A DNA stretch of 58,742 nucleotides from a virus, in the IMG/VR virus record IMGVR_UViG_3300036975_000060; one strand, 5' to 3'. This document shows, in pieces, positions 26,085 to 34,143 of the stretch. How positions within the stretch are numbered: position 1 is the stretch's first letter; each line of letters starts with the position of its first letter. The position numbers and the translations under genes were made by a program. The notes beneath the pieces were generated by a model that saw only the letters and a list, made by a program, of their open reading frames with translations, made no database searches and had not been told where the DNA came from.

Positions 26085-26878
26085 TTGACAGAACGCTGTA
26101 TTGTTCGATACCTTTTACATGGAATCTCCCAGAGGTGCGCAAAAAGATGGAATTGGAGTCTTTTATTTACGATGAAAGAGTGGTCGGTGGCCCAGCAATC
26201 TGCCTGATGCCTCACTATTTTGATGATATGCCACAGGTTCAAACCGGCCCAGTGTATAACGGCGTTCTCCAATTAGTGAACCCGCAGGCAACCCGTACAA
26301 CTGTAGGATGTATAAGAAATTGTGAATTTTGCGGAGTTGACAAAATCGAAATATCTTTCAATGAGCTTACCGATTGGCCGGACCTTCCCATCATTTGTGA
26401 TAATAACCTGCTTGCTGCATCCAGAAAACATTTTGACAGGGTTATTGATCGATTAAAAAAGCATGAATGGAGTGATTTCAATCAGGGTATTGATGCGAGA
26501 TTATTAAAAGATTATCATGCCTCAAGATTTGCCGAGTTAAAAAATCCTGTTATCAGGCTTGCTCTTGACTCTATGGAATATGTTGATCAATGGGAAAAGG
26601 CTTTTGATACCCTCAGAAAAGCAGGATTACCGAAAAAATCAATACGTTCTTATGCTTTGATAGGTTTTGATTCAGGTCCTGCAGAAGCATGGGAAAGATG
26701 CGAATACATTACAGGTAAAGGCATAAAAGTATTACCTCAATGGTATCACGCTCTTGATCAATTAGAACACAATATTGTGACGGAAAATCAAGAAAACCTT
26801 GGCTGGACCGATAGAAATAGAACAAATATAATGGGATGGTATTATAAACATAGAGGTGAAAAGGGGCCGTTAAGATAA
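26045..26878 (+). CDS. Radical SAM domain protein (compact, about 277 aa)
   Basis: Canonical CxxxCxxC cluster motif in TTVGCIRNCEFCGV. The upstream segment GGPAICLMPHYF and downstream CDNNLL...GIDARL resemble class-B-like radical SAM cores. Confidence 0.6.
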   Translation: MDINWPKGPKYWIVDRTLYCSIPFTWNLPEVRKKMELESFIYDERVVGGPAICLMPHYFDDMPQVQTGPVYNGVLQLVNPQATRTTVGCIRNCEFCGVDKIEISFNELTDWPDLPIICDNNLLAASRKHFDRVIDRLKKHEWSDFNQGIDARLLKDYHASRFAELKNPVIRLALDSMEYVDQWEKAFDTLRKAGLPKKSIRSYALIGFDSGPAEAWERCEYITGKGIKVLPQWYHALDQLEHNIVTENQENLGWTDRNRTNIMGWYYKHRGEKGPLR

Positions 26879-27558
26879 TGGATATCAAGATAATAGCCAG
26901 CTCAAGCGCGGGAAACTGCTACCAGGTGGACAATATCCTGATAGAGGCTGGTATGCCTATAAGAGCCATAAAGAAAGCCCTTAACTTTCGACTTTCGAGT
27001 ATATCTGGATGCTTGATCAGTCACAACCACGGAGACCATGCGAAATCAGCCAAAGATATCTTAAAGGCAGGAGTTGACCTGTACTGCTCAAAAGAGACCG
27101 CAGAGGAAAGAGGGTTGTCAGGACATCGGCTGCATATCATCGAACCCCTGAAACAGTTTGAAGTCGGAGGCTGGAAGATTAAAGGATTTCCATTAAAACA
27201 TGATGTCATGAATCTTGGCTTTCTTCTCTCCCGGGATGAATACAAGATCATGTTCTCGGTTGACAGTAACTATATTCCATACAAATTCACAGGCCTTACT
27301 CATGTGATGATATCTGTCAACTACGATTTCAAAATATTAAAAAAGAATGTCCTGGACGGTCGGATAGATATTGGCCTGGCTAACAGAATTTTGAAAAATC
27401 ATATGTCGCTATCCACTGCCATTGACTTCTTTAAAAAGCTGGACAAGTCGAAGCTGAGACAGGTTTATCTTCTTCACCTGTCAGACGCCAACAGCGACGA
27501 AAAAGCCTTTAAGCTGGCAGTGCAGAAAATAACCGGGACCGTTGTTAATTTGGGGTAG
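26878..27558 (+). CDS. MBL-fold metallo-hydrolase
   Basis: HxHxDH motif in SHNHGDHAKSA. The ATG overlaps the radical SAM stop (TAATG). Confidence 0.8.
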   Translation: MDIKIIASSSAGNCYQVDNILIEAGMPIRAIKKALNFRLSSISGCLISHNHGDHAKSAKDILKAGVDLYCSKETAEERGLSGHRLHIIEPLKQFEVGGWKIKGFPLKHDVMNLGFLLSRDEYKIMFSVDSNYIPYKFTGLTHVMISVNYDFKILKKNVLDGRIDIGLANRILKNHMSLSTAIDFFKKLDKSKLRQVYLLHLSDANSDEKAFKLAVQKITGTVVNLG

Positions 27559-27566
27559 GAGGAGAA

Positions 27567-27767
27567 ATGGCAATACAACATCAAGTAATAAGAAACTATC
27601 CGAGAAAAATCTTATATAAATTCGACTTGGATGTACCTTGGATTCCTAATGAGAGCAATAAAATTGTTTTTCCTGAAGATTGGAAAGACGGTGAATGGTT
27701 TACCGTTACAAGCGTGCAACACTACCCTGTCGAAAGATTAATCGTCATAAATGTTAATCCCGATTAA
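27567..27767 (+). CDS. Hypothetical protein
   Basis: 66-aa ORF with a GGAGGAG RBS. Confidence 0.45.
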   Translation: MAIQHQVIRNYPRKILYKFDLDVPWIPNESNKIVFPEDWKDGEWFTVTSVQHYPVERLIVINVNPD

Positions 27768-27783
27768 AAGAAAGGGAATCATA

Positions 27784-28269
27784 ATGAAGAAAATAGCAAT
27801 ATCAAGTTCGATGCTTCATTATATGGAAAGAATGGCTGACTTTATAAGAATGGAAATAGAGGCCGGTCATATTCGGTATGGCAGCCCCATCGACCAAATC
27901 TATAGAGCCTATACAAGAGAACTTGACATTGCACCGCCAACTCAATTGACATTAAAAGCTGTTTTTCCGCAACCCGAGGACTCCATATCTTTAGATGAAA
28001 TCATGGATGCAGTATGCAATTACTTTGATTTAAAAAAGAAAACCCTTGTTTCTGATTCGAGAAATCATTCTGTTGTTGAGGCAAGGAAAATATATGTGTT
28101 TTTGTGCAGAAAGCTTACTACCAAAACCCTTGAAGCTATTGGAAAAATAATAAACAGGAATCATTCAACACTATTATACTTGCTTGACATAGTTGAAAGT
28201 AGAGTAAAATATGATACGAATTTTTTATATAATATTAAGATAATAGAGGATAACATTAAGGAGAAATAG
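27784..28269 (+). CDS. DnaA domain IV-like DNA-binding protein (no AAA+ domain)
   Basis: C-terminal half LDEIMDAVCNYFDLKKKTLVSDSRNHSVVEARKIYVFLCRKLTTKTLEAIGKIINRNHSTLLYLL matches the DnaA C-terminal HTH signature (R...v.aR.i..yL.r.lT..sl..IG....r.HsT). Confidence 0.7.
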   Translation: MKKIAISSSMLHYMERMADFIRMEIEAGHIRYGSPIDQIYRAYTRELDIAPPTQLTLKAVFPQPEDSISLDEIMDAVCNYFDLKKKTLVSDSRNHSVVEARKIYVFLCRKLTTKTLEAIGKIINRNHSTLLYLLDIVESRVKYDTNFLYNIKIIEDNIKEK

Positions 28270-28276
28270 AAAAACA

Positions 28277-28807
28277 ATGGAAAACAAAGATAACGATTTA
28301 CCAAAAGGAAAACTGGTTCTGTCATTAGATTTTGACGGAGTGATCCATTCATATTCTTCCGGCTGGCAGGGCGCGAGAGTGATTCCTGATCCGCCGGTTC
28401 CAGGAGCTCTTGAATTCATAGTAAAAGCAACCGAACATTTTGACGTCCAGATATTCTCCAGTAGATCGCATCAATTCGGTGGCCGAAGAGCTATGAAAAG
28501 GTGGCTGAAACAGCAGTACTTTAAAATATCCGGAATAAAGGAAGATGATATCTGGTATATCCCGGAAGTCAGAAAAGAAATTCCGGAGTTCTGGTTCCAG
28601 TTTATCGCCCAGACAGCCTTTGCCGATCCATGGTCTATTGAGGTCAATTATGCTGTTAAAAGGCTTATGAGAATGATTTCATTCCCAAGACATAAACCCC
28701 CTGTATTTCTCAGTATAGACGACCGGGGATATCAGTTCAATGGTGTGTGGCCGAATCCTGAACAGTTACTCGGATTCAGGCCGTGGAATAAGAGAAAGGG
28801 TTGTTGA
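28277..28807 (+). CDS. HAD-superfamily phosphatase-like protein
   Basis: Motif I DxDxV in LSLDFDGVIHSY near the N-terminus. Confidence 0.5.
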   Translation: MENKDNDLPKGKLVLSLDFDGVIHSYSSGWQGARVIPDPPVPGALEFIVKATEHFDVQIFSSRSHQFGGRRAMKRWLKQQYFKISGIKEDDIWYIPEVRKEIPEFWFQFIAQTAFADPWSIEVNYAVKRLMRMISFPRHKPPVFLSIDDRGYQFNGVWPNPEQLLGFRPWNKRKGC

Positions 28808-28808
28808 T

Positions 28809-29270
28809 ATGAAAAGCACAGAATGGGAAACACCACAGGATTTCTTCAGTGCCATTGATAAGGAATTTAATTTTACTCTTGACGTGGCAGCTCTTCCCGG
28901 CACCGCAAAATGCAAAAAGTATTATACGCCTGCAGATAATGCTCTTGAACAAAGCTGGTATGGAGAAACTTTCTGGATGAATCCCCCTTATGGGAGAGGT
29001 CAAAATGTCTACGCTTGGGTTAAAAAGGCATATTTAACAGCATTAGGGAACGGTACCGGTGTCTGTTTATTGCCAGCATCCACTGACATTAAATGGTTTC
29101 ATGATTTCGCCATGAATAGCTCAGAGATCCGATTTATAAAAGATCGCTTATGGTTTTCTCTTAATGGTAAATCTCAAAGAGCAAATCATGCTTCTATTTT
29201 AGTAATATTTGATGTTTTACCTTCGGTACCAAAAATAAGACATATTGATAAACTTGGAAAATTTTTATAG
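28809..29270 (+). CDS. dam: DNA N6-adenine methyltransferase (phage Dam family)
   Basis: TEWETPQDFF...FTLDVAA...WYGETFWMNPPYGRG...WVKKAY...LLPASTDIKWFH carries the NPPY catalytic motif and the typical phage Dam layout. Confidence 0.85.
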   Translation: MKSTEWETPQDFFSAIDKEFNFTLDVAALPGTAKCKKYYTPADNALEQSWYGETFWMNPPYGRGQNVYAWVKKAYLTALGNGTGVCLLPASTDIKWFHDFAMNSSEIRFIKDRLWFSLNGKSQRANHASILVIFDVLPSVPKIRHIDKLGKFL

Positions 29271-29305
29271 GAATTGTTGTTCCACATGGAACAAAGGAGA
29301 TAATT

Positions 29306-29686
29306 TTGAAAGCTATCAGCATCAAGCAGCCATGGGCTTATTGTATCTTCCATCTCGGGAAAGATATTGAAAACCGGGATATGGTCTTTAAGCATAGAGG
29401 ACCCCTTTGCATCCAGTCGTCAAAAACATGGGACCGCATGGGATATCTTCATATCAAAAGAAATATGGGTATAGATGTCCCGGACATGGAGCATCACACC
29501 TTCGGCAGGCTTGAGGGAATTGTCCAGGTCGTTGACTGTGTTGATTCCAGTGAATCAAAATGGTTCATGGGAAAATATGGCCTTGTTCTTTCAGATCCCA
29601 GGGAGTTTAAGAATAAGCCGTTTTACCGGGGCATGCCGGGGTTGTTTGATGTACCGGATGAATTGTTTGAATACTTGGAGGGGTGA
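29306..29686 (+). CDS. ASCH-domain protein
   Basis: The N-terminus ISIKQPWAYCIFHLGKDIENR is the ASCH signature. TTG start with an AAGGAGA RBS. Confidence 0.65.
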   Translation: MKAISIKQPWAYCIFHLGKDIENRDMVFKHRGPLCIQSSKTWDRMGYLHIKRNMGIDVPDMEHHTFGRLEGIVQVVDCVDSSESKWFMGKYGLVLSDPREFKNKPFYRGMPGLFDVPDELFEYLEG

Positions 29687-29687
29687 G

Positions 29688-29867
29688 ATGGCTTGTCCTA
29701 ATTGTGGATGTAAAGTAACTTATCAATATGACGATAGCTGGGATGGTTTTGGCAGTACGGAAGGATTGGAAAGATGTGCTGCTTGCGGTCATATTTTTGA
29801 TATAGAAGATAGCGAACCCGAAGATGATGATTACTATGAACCCATCCCGCACAAGGAAAAGGAATAG
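29688..29867 (+). CDS. Small zinc-ribbon protein with acidic tail
   Basis: 59 aa: MACPNCGCKV...CAACGH followed by EDSEPEDDDYYE. GGAGGGGTGAG lies upstream. Confidence 0.5.
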   Translation: MACPNCGCKVTYQYDDSWDGFGSTEGLERCAACGHIFDIEDSEPEDDDYYEPIPHKEKE

Positions 29868-29913
29868 ATCATGGGCACAATATCCGGAAACAATATCGTA
29901 AACCTATAAAGAA

Positions 29914-30906
29914 ATGAAAGGATCGAAGATCATGATTATTAGAAACAAAAACTGGAAAACAACCTGGAGAACAACAATAGCAGCCCTGCTCGTTCTACTG
30001 TTTTGGACGGTACTTTTCAGCATATGGATCAATGCCGCGCAGGCCTGCCAGCCGAACGATCCAACCTGCACTTGTGAATCTGATTCATCAGCCGAGGCCA
30101 ATTCTAGCGCAGTAGCCGGAGCAATAGGTATTGGGTATTCAACAGCTGAAATTATCGAGGGAGATACGATTTTAAGCTCAGGAGACAACGTTTTTAACGC
30201 CGGTGACACGCAACTGAGTCAGGGCGATATGAACAACGCATCGGAATCAAAGTCCAGTGTGGGCGAAATTTCGGCTCTTGGCGGAACATCTCATACGGGT
30301 GATAATAACATCTCTATGGAATCTATTTACGATCCCGGAATAATGATGCCTGAGATAGCTCCATCCGAAATTCAGATTGGGAGCACACGGAAACCTGTTG
30401 CGGCCATTGGTCCGTTTGTAGGCGTAAGTAATTCAAACTATCGACATAGAACGTCATGGATAGCTGGGATAAGCGCTCATATTCCGCTTTACGATAAGAA
30501 GGTCCCTGATATTGCACTGCAAAGAGAGAGTGACAAGATTGATATGGAAAAGACATATCTTGAGACTCAGAATACCTACTTAACGGATAAAAATGCCCGT
30601 TTACAGGCCAAACATGATGAAGAAATGAAGATCATGGAAAGAGAACATCAGGCAAGGTTTGTTAAGCTATGCACTTCTACCCATTTAACCCATGAAAAGA
30701 GAGAAGGTTCCAACCTATTTGATGAGCTTTGGAATTTCTGCTATGGAATAGAGCATATAAATAACAGGACTACAAACGATATAGTAGGCCGGCATAATCA
30801 GGAGATTGACGGCAAGCCAAACCCAAATCAATTTATGCCACACAGCAAGGCATATCATGATGATGTCCCGGTTATGATTGATGCCGAGATGAAAACCAAA
30901 GATTAA
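29914..30906 (+). CDS. Secreted or membrane-anchored hypothetical protein
   Basis: N-terminal hydrophobic segment TIAALLVLLFWTVLFSIWINAAQA. A Ser/Gly/Asp-rich region follows, then a charged helical region. Confidence 0.55.
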   Translation: MKGSKIMIIRNKNWKTTWRTTIAALLVLLFWTVLFSIWINAAQACQPNDPTCTCESDSSAEANSSAVAGAIGIGYSTAEIIEGDTILSSGDNVFNAGDTQLSQGDMNNASESKSSVGEISALGGTSHTGDNNISMESIYDPGIMMPEIAPSEIQIGSTRKPVAAIGPFVGVSNSNYRHRTSWIAGISAHIPLYDKKVPDIALQRESDKIDMEKTYLETQNTYLTDKNARLQAKHDEEMKIMEREHQARFVKLCTSTHLTHEKREGSNLFDELWNFCYGIEHINNRTTNDIVGRHNQEIDGKPNPNQFMPHSKAYHDDVPVMIDAEMKTKD

Positions 30907-30967
30907 GGCAATGTTTTTATCGGGCATATTTGCCTACTAATAACTGGTTAGCAATAGTGAGGAAGAT

Positions 30968-31183
30968 ATGAATGCAAAACAGCTAATAAATAAATTAAAA
31001 AGAATGCCTCAATATACAGAGGTCCATGTTGCTTCTCATGACAATTCAGAGTGGGAAACTCAAGGCATTGCAGAAAGTGTCATATTACATTCTAAAAATG
31101 ATTTTGATATTGAGGAAATCCCCCCAAATGATCGCGGTCCATTTGATGATATGCCGGATGAATGGATAACAATATATTGCTAA
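30968..31183 (+). CDS. Hypothetical protein
   Basis: 71-aa ORF with a GAGGAAG RBS. Confidence 0.5.
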   Translation: MNAKQLINKLKRMPQYTEVHVASHDNSEWETQGIAESVILHSKNDFDIEEIPPNDRGPFDDMPDEWITIYC

Positions 31184-31253
31184 CCCTCGCATCAACCAGA
31201 CCATTGAACTACATGTCTGGTTATGCGTAATGTTATACATTTTGAGGTAAAAA

Positions 31254-31583
31254 ATGGATTATAATCAAATGCGCAATTGTGTGAAAGGAAATCCAGAAAT
31301 TGTCAATCGATGGATTGATATTTGTGATAAAGCGGAAAATTCTGAGAAATTATGGATAGAACATCTTCGAGAAAAAGGATTCAAGGCTTCTCACCCTAAT
31401 GATGGTTGGGTTGATAGAGAAAATCACGAGGTTTATTTTGCATATCCTCAGTTTAATGATGGCGCTGATGTTGGCGACCTCGTAATGTTAGGATGGTCTG
31501 ATGATAAAAAAAGTGAAAGACCAATACGTTTAATCGGTAAAAGAGAACTATTATTAACTTATTATAAGTTTGAAGATGCATAA
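31254..31583 (+). CDS. Hypothetical protein
   Basis: 109-aa ORF with a GAGGTAA RBS. Confidence 0.5.
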   Translation: MDYNQMRNCVKGNPEIVNRWIDICDKAENSEKLWIEHLREKGFKASHPNDGWVDRENHEVYFAYPQFNDGADVGDLVMLGWSDDKKSERPIRLIGKRELLLTYYKFEDA

Positions 31584-31711
31584 CACACGCATCAACAGGA
31601 GCAGGTAGGTAAATGCAAGTGGTGTGTTGCGGATTTCAAAAAAGATTGCTATCCACATTATTGTCCTGAACAATTTAAACCTTAAACCGCCCGCTTGGGC
31701 TTGGAGGGAGT

Positions 31712-31957
31712 ATGGATAAATATTTAATGTTTAGGAATATTGTATTAGATAACCCAAATGCCAATTTTATCAACTCTATAGTATTGTCATTAGTGAATGA
31801 AATAATAAGATTAAAAGTTGAATACGAAGGACTGATTATTCCAGAAGACGCAAAAGAACCCGCAGAGCAGGAGAAGCATTGTACTAATGAAATAGGAGAA
31901 TGTATATTGAAAAACTTCGGTGAATGTAAGGATTGTCCGTATTATACGACCGCTTGA
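31712..31957 (+). CDS. Hypothetical protein
   Basis: 81-aa ORF with a GGAGGGAG RBS. Confidence 0.5.
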   Translation: MDKYLMFRNIVLDNPNANFINSIVLSLVNEIIRLKVEYEGLIIPEDAKEPAEQEKHCTNEIGECILKNFGECKDCPYYTTA

Positions 31958-31970
31958 GATAGGAGGGAGT

Positions 31971-32258
31971 ATGGCAAAATGTTATGATTGTGGTATGCCA
32001 TATGGTGAAAATAATTGGATAGAAGCAATTATACCAGATTTGGTGTGGAATGATATATCTCCAAATGGAGATCAGAGTGGTATTCTATGTATAAGTTGTA
32101 TGTGTAGAAGATTGGTATTAAATGGGTATAAAGATATACCAGTATGGTTAGTTGGCACTGAACCGATAAGGCCAGTAGTTGGTGAGCCAAGTGATAATAC
32201 CTTCAGTATGGATATTTTGCGTAATTGGACCCAAACCAAACGACCTGAAGGGAGGTGA
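31971..32258 (+). CDS. Hypothetical Cys-containing protein
   Basis: 95 aa from an ATG preceded by GGAGGGAG. Contains CYDCG ... CISCMC. Confidence 0.5.
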   Translation: MAKCYDCGMPYGENNWIEAIIPDLVWNDISPNGDQSGILCISCMCRRLVLNGYKDIPVWLVGTEPIRPVVGEPSDNTFSMDILRNWTQTKRPEGR

Positions 32259-32267
32259 TAAGAAATA

Positions 32268-32561
32268 ATGCCATTATCAATAGACGGTATGAGAATAAAG
32301 TCAGCGGCTATTCGATATGGAGGAAGAATATTCCCCGGAAAAAATCATGCTGAAATAGGGCTAAAGATGATAAATCTCGGTATTTGTAAACCACCTTATC
32401 CAAGTGGTGACGATCAAGGTTTTGTAACCGAATGTGGTAAATATGTCCGTAGAGAACCCGCTTTAATGATTGCTATTAATGCAGGACAGGTAAAGGGAGG
32501 TGAAACACTGCATAGGAATAAATTATTTAGTGAAGACCTTAAGGGAGGTGATAACCTGTGA
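32268..32561 (+). CDS. Hypothetical protein, last gene of the rightward arm
   Basis: 97-aa ORF. Confidence 0.5.
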   Translation: MPLSIDGMRIKSAAIRYGGRIFPGKNHAEIGLKMINLGICKPPYPSGDDQGFVTECGKYVRREPALMIAINAGQVKGGETLHRNKLFSEDLKGGDNL

Positions 32562-32615
32562 AGCTATTGATCCTGGTATGGGTGTTGATAGTACTACACT
32601 CTGGCAATAACTGGG

Positions 32616-32646
32616 GGACGCGCATCCAGTATAAAATAACGCGTCC
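32616..32646. terminator. Hairpin at the convergence point of the two arms
   Basis: Stem GGACGCG/CGCGTCC (7 bp) with a 17-nt loop; T-rich sequence lies downstream on the plus strand. Confidence 0.3.
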
Positions 32647-32653
32647 GGTTGTA

Positions 32654-32818
32654 TTATTTTTCAGCACTTTTCGAGAACATTTTGGGTATCTGAGCAAAAA
32701 CTTCTTTCAGGCCGTCAATAAGAATGTCATCCCATTTCCACTTTGTAAGCTTTACTATCTTCTCTGCTATCATAAAACCAAGTAGGAAATATTCCCAATG
32801 AGCTATTATGTATTCCAT
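32654..32818 (-). CDS. Small membrane protein (holin-like candidate)
   Basis: 54 aa from an ATG preceded by GGAGGA. One TM helix (WEYFLLGFMIAEKIV) is followed by KLTKWKWDDIL, which resembles the TP(T)KxDD motif of small phage membrane proteins. Confidence 0.4.
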   Translation of the reverse strand: MEYIIAHWEYFLLGFMIAEKIVKLTKWKWDDILIDGLKEVFAQIPKMFSKSAEK

Positions 32819-32822
32819 GATT

Positions 32823-33227
32823 CTATCCTCCAAAAGCCTTTTTAACATTAGTCATAAACTGACGTGCCCGTCTCAACGCTCCGTCGTCAAAATCGATAAG
32901 CCCGGTATCAACATCTATCCGGTAAGACATCAGAACACCTTTGACAACACCCCTGATAACCGGGTCTTTTATCATATCTGGTAACAGCTGGAGACCGTTA
33001 TTGAAATACGCCTCAAACATATCGTCATCAGCTTTCAGGGCTATATCACAGTATCTTACAATAGACTGCGCCTTTTCCGGGTATTTGGCTTTAATAACCT
33101 CTACAGCGGTTGTTATGGCGACCTTATCGATCGATGCCAGTTCATTATCACCTACTACCTGGAACTTAATTCCGAAACACCCGCTAAGTAAAAATAATGT
33201 TAATACGATTAATGCTAATTTTTTCAT
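32823..33227 (-). CDS. Lipoprotein
   Basis: MKKLALIVLTLFLLSGCFG carries the lipobox LSGC. Confidence 0.65.
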   Translation of the reverse strand: MKKLALIVLTLFLLSGCFGIKFQVVGDNELASIDKVAITTAVEVIKAKYPEKAQSIVRYCDIALKADDDMFEAYFNNGLQLLPDMIKDPVIRGVVKGVLMSYRIDVDTGLIDFDDGALRRARQFMTNVKKAFGG

Positions 33228-33346
33228 GATATTTTCCTTTCATTCTTTAAAAAGATATATGATTTTACTAAACCGACCCTGATTTCGTGTATTGCGTTTT
33301 GCAAGTGATTATTCATATAATAATAAATAACTTTTGATTTTTTCAT
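33224..33346 (-). CDS. Small ORF (40 aa)
   Basis: AAGGAGAAAGCC lies upstream of the ATG. The stop overlaps the lipoprotein start as ATGA. Confidence 0.3.
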   Translation of the reverse strand: MKKSKVIYYYMNNHLQNAIHEIRVGLVKSYIFLKNERKIS

Positions 33347-33358
33347 GGCTTTCTCCTT

Positions 33359-33496
33359 TTAAGGTTTAGCAATTCTTAATATAGACCCTTTGTAATATCC
33401 CACTAAATAATATTCCCATGACCCATGGTTCCAATGCCCTTCAAAAATCCAAGGAATATACCCTTTCCCCCGTAATACTTTAAGATATTTATGCAC
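33359..33496 (-). CDS. Small ORF (45 aa, GTG start)
   Basis: AAGGAGAAACAAA-GTG. Trp/Tyr/Gly-rich peptide. Confidence 0.25.
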   Translation of the reverse strand: MHKYLKVLRGKGYIPWIFEGHWNHGSWEYYLVGYYKGSILRIAKP

Positions 33497-33518
33497 TTTG
33501 TTTCTCCTTTAATATTGG

Positions 33519-33683
33519 TTAAGGGGCCTCATCTCCTTCCGGGCTTACAGTTGCCGGATGAGTATCCTGTGTTAATTTTTCTAAGCATTCTTGACAGATA
33601 TAGTCACCCATAAAGTCAAAAGCTCCTATCTGCCCGCAAGTGTCACATACTGCATGTTCATCAAAAGGGATTGTTTTATCCAT
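33519..33683 (-). CDS. Small zinc-ribbon protein (54 aa)
   Basis: MDKTIPFDEHAVCDTCGQ...YICQEC. Its start abuts the upstream stop (TAAATG). Confidence 0.4.
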   Translation of the reverse strand: MDKTIPFDEHAVCDTCGQIGAFDFMGDYICQECLEKLTQDTHPATVSPEGDEAP

Positions 33684-33860
33684 TTAATCACCGATTATTA
33701 TTTTCCTTTTTATATCCCTTAATTTTTCCCTATTATCCATTTCTATTTCAAGGGCAAGCACCCTTAATAATCTGTCAAACCTCTCTCTTTTACGCCTTGT
33801 TTTTCCTACAGGATTGTAATTCCTTATGACATCCCGGTAATCATTGAGTGTTTTTGACAT
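33684..33860 (-). CDS. Small basic protein (58 aa)
   Basis: MSKTLNDYRDVIRNYNPVGKTRRKRERF... Overlaps the end of the upstream ORF. Confidence 0.35.
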   Translation of the reverse strand: MSKTLNDYRDVIRNYNPVGKTRRKRERFDRLLRVLALEIEMDNREKLRDIKRKIIIGD

Positions 33861-34029
33861 CTTTATTACACTCTGTAAATATTTTATCTATTTTTTTAAT
33901 CCAGATCATTGCTAATTCACCATTCTGGTCTGATATTTGTTTTGATTTTCGCAATTGTCGGATAAGATCTTTAAGACATAATACGGCATTTCTACCTTCA
34001 TGCTGTTCTTCGTTGGTTAATGTAGACAT
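33841..34029 (-). CDS. Hypothetical protein
   Basis: 62-aa ORF with a GGAGG RBS. Confidence 0.45.
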   Translation of the reverse strand: MSTLTNEEQHEGRNAVLCLKDLIRQLRKSKQISDQNGELAMIWIKKIDKIFTECNKDVKNTQ

Positions 34030-34143
34030 GATAACCTCCGTTAAAGAGGTGGGGAGGTAGTTTGACCTACCTCCCAGTTTGAAAGGATAATCAATCTACT
34101 CACATACAATCATACTATAATTTATTCAGGTTATAATTGCAAG

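Noticed and set aside
31584-31685. In-frame 33-codon extension after the TAA stop of ORF 31254-31583, encoding a CxxC...C...C peptide (KCKWCVADFKKDCYPHYC); a possible stop-codon read-through product.
   Set aside because: TAA read-through is not an established recoding route in bacteria or phages. The extension is short enough to be open by chance, and there is no supporting signal.
32558-32785. 75-aa plus-strand ORF (GTG start) with a hydrophobic N-terminus at the convergence point.
   Set aside because: It overlaps the better-supported minus-strand 54-aa membrane-protein gene, which has GGAGGA plus an ATG, and runs past the candidate terminator hairpin.
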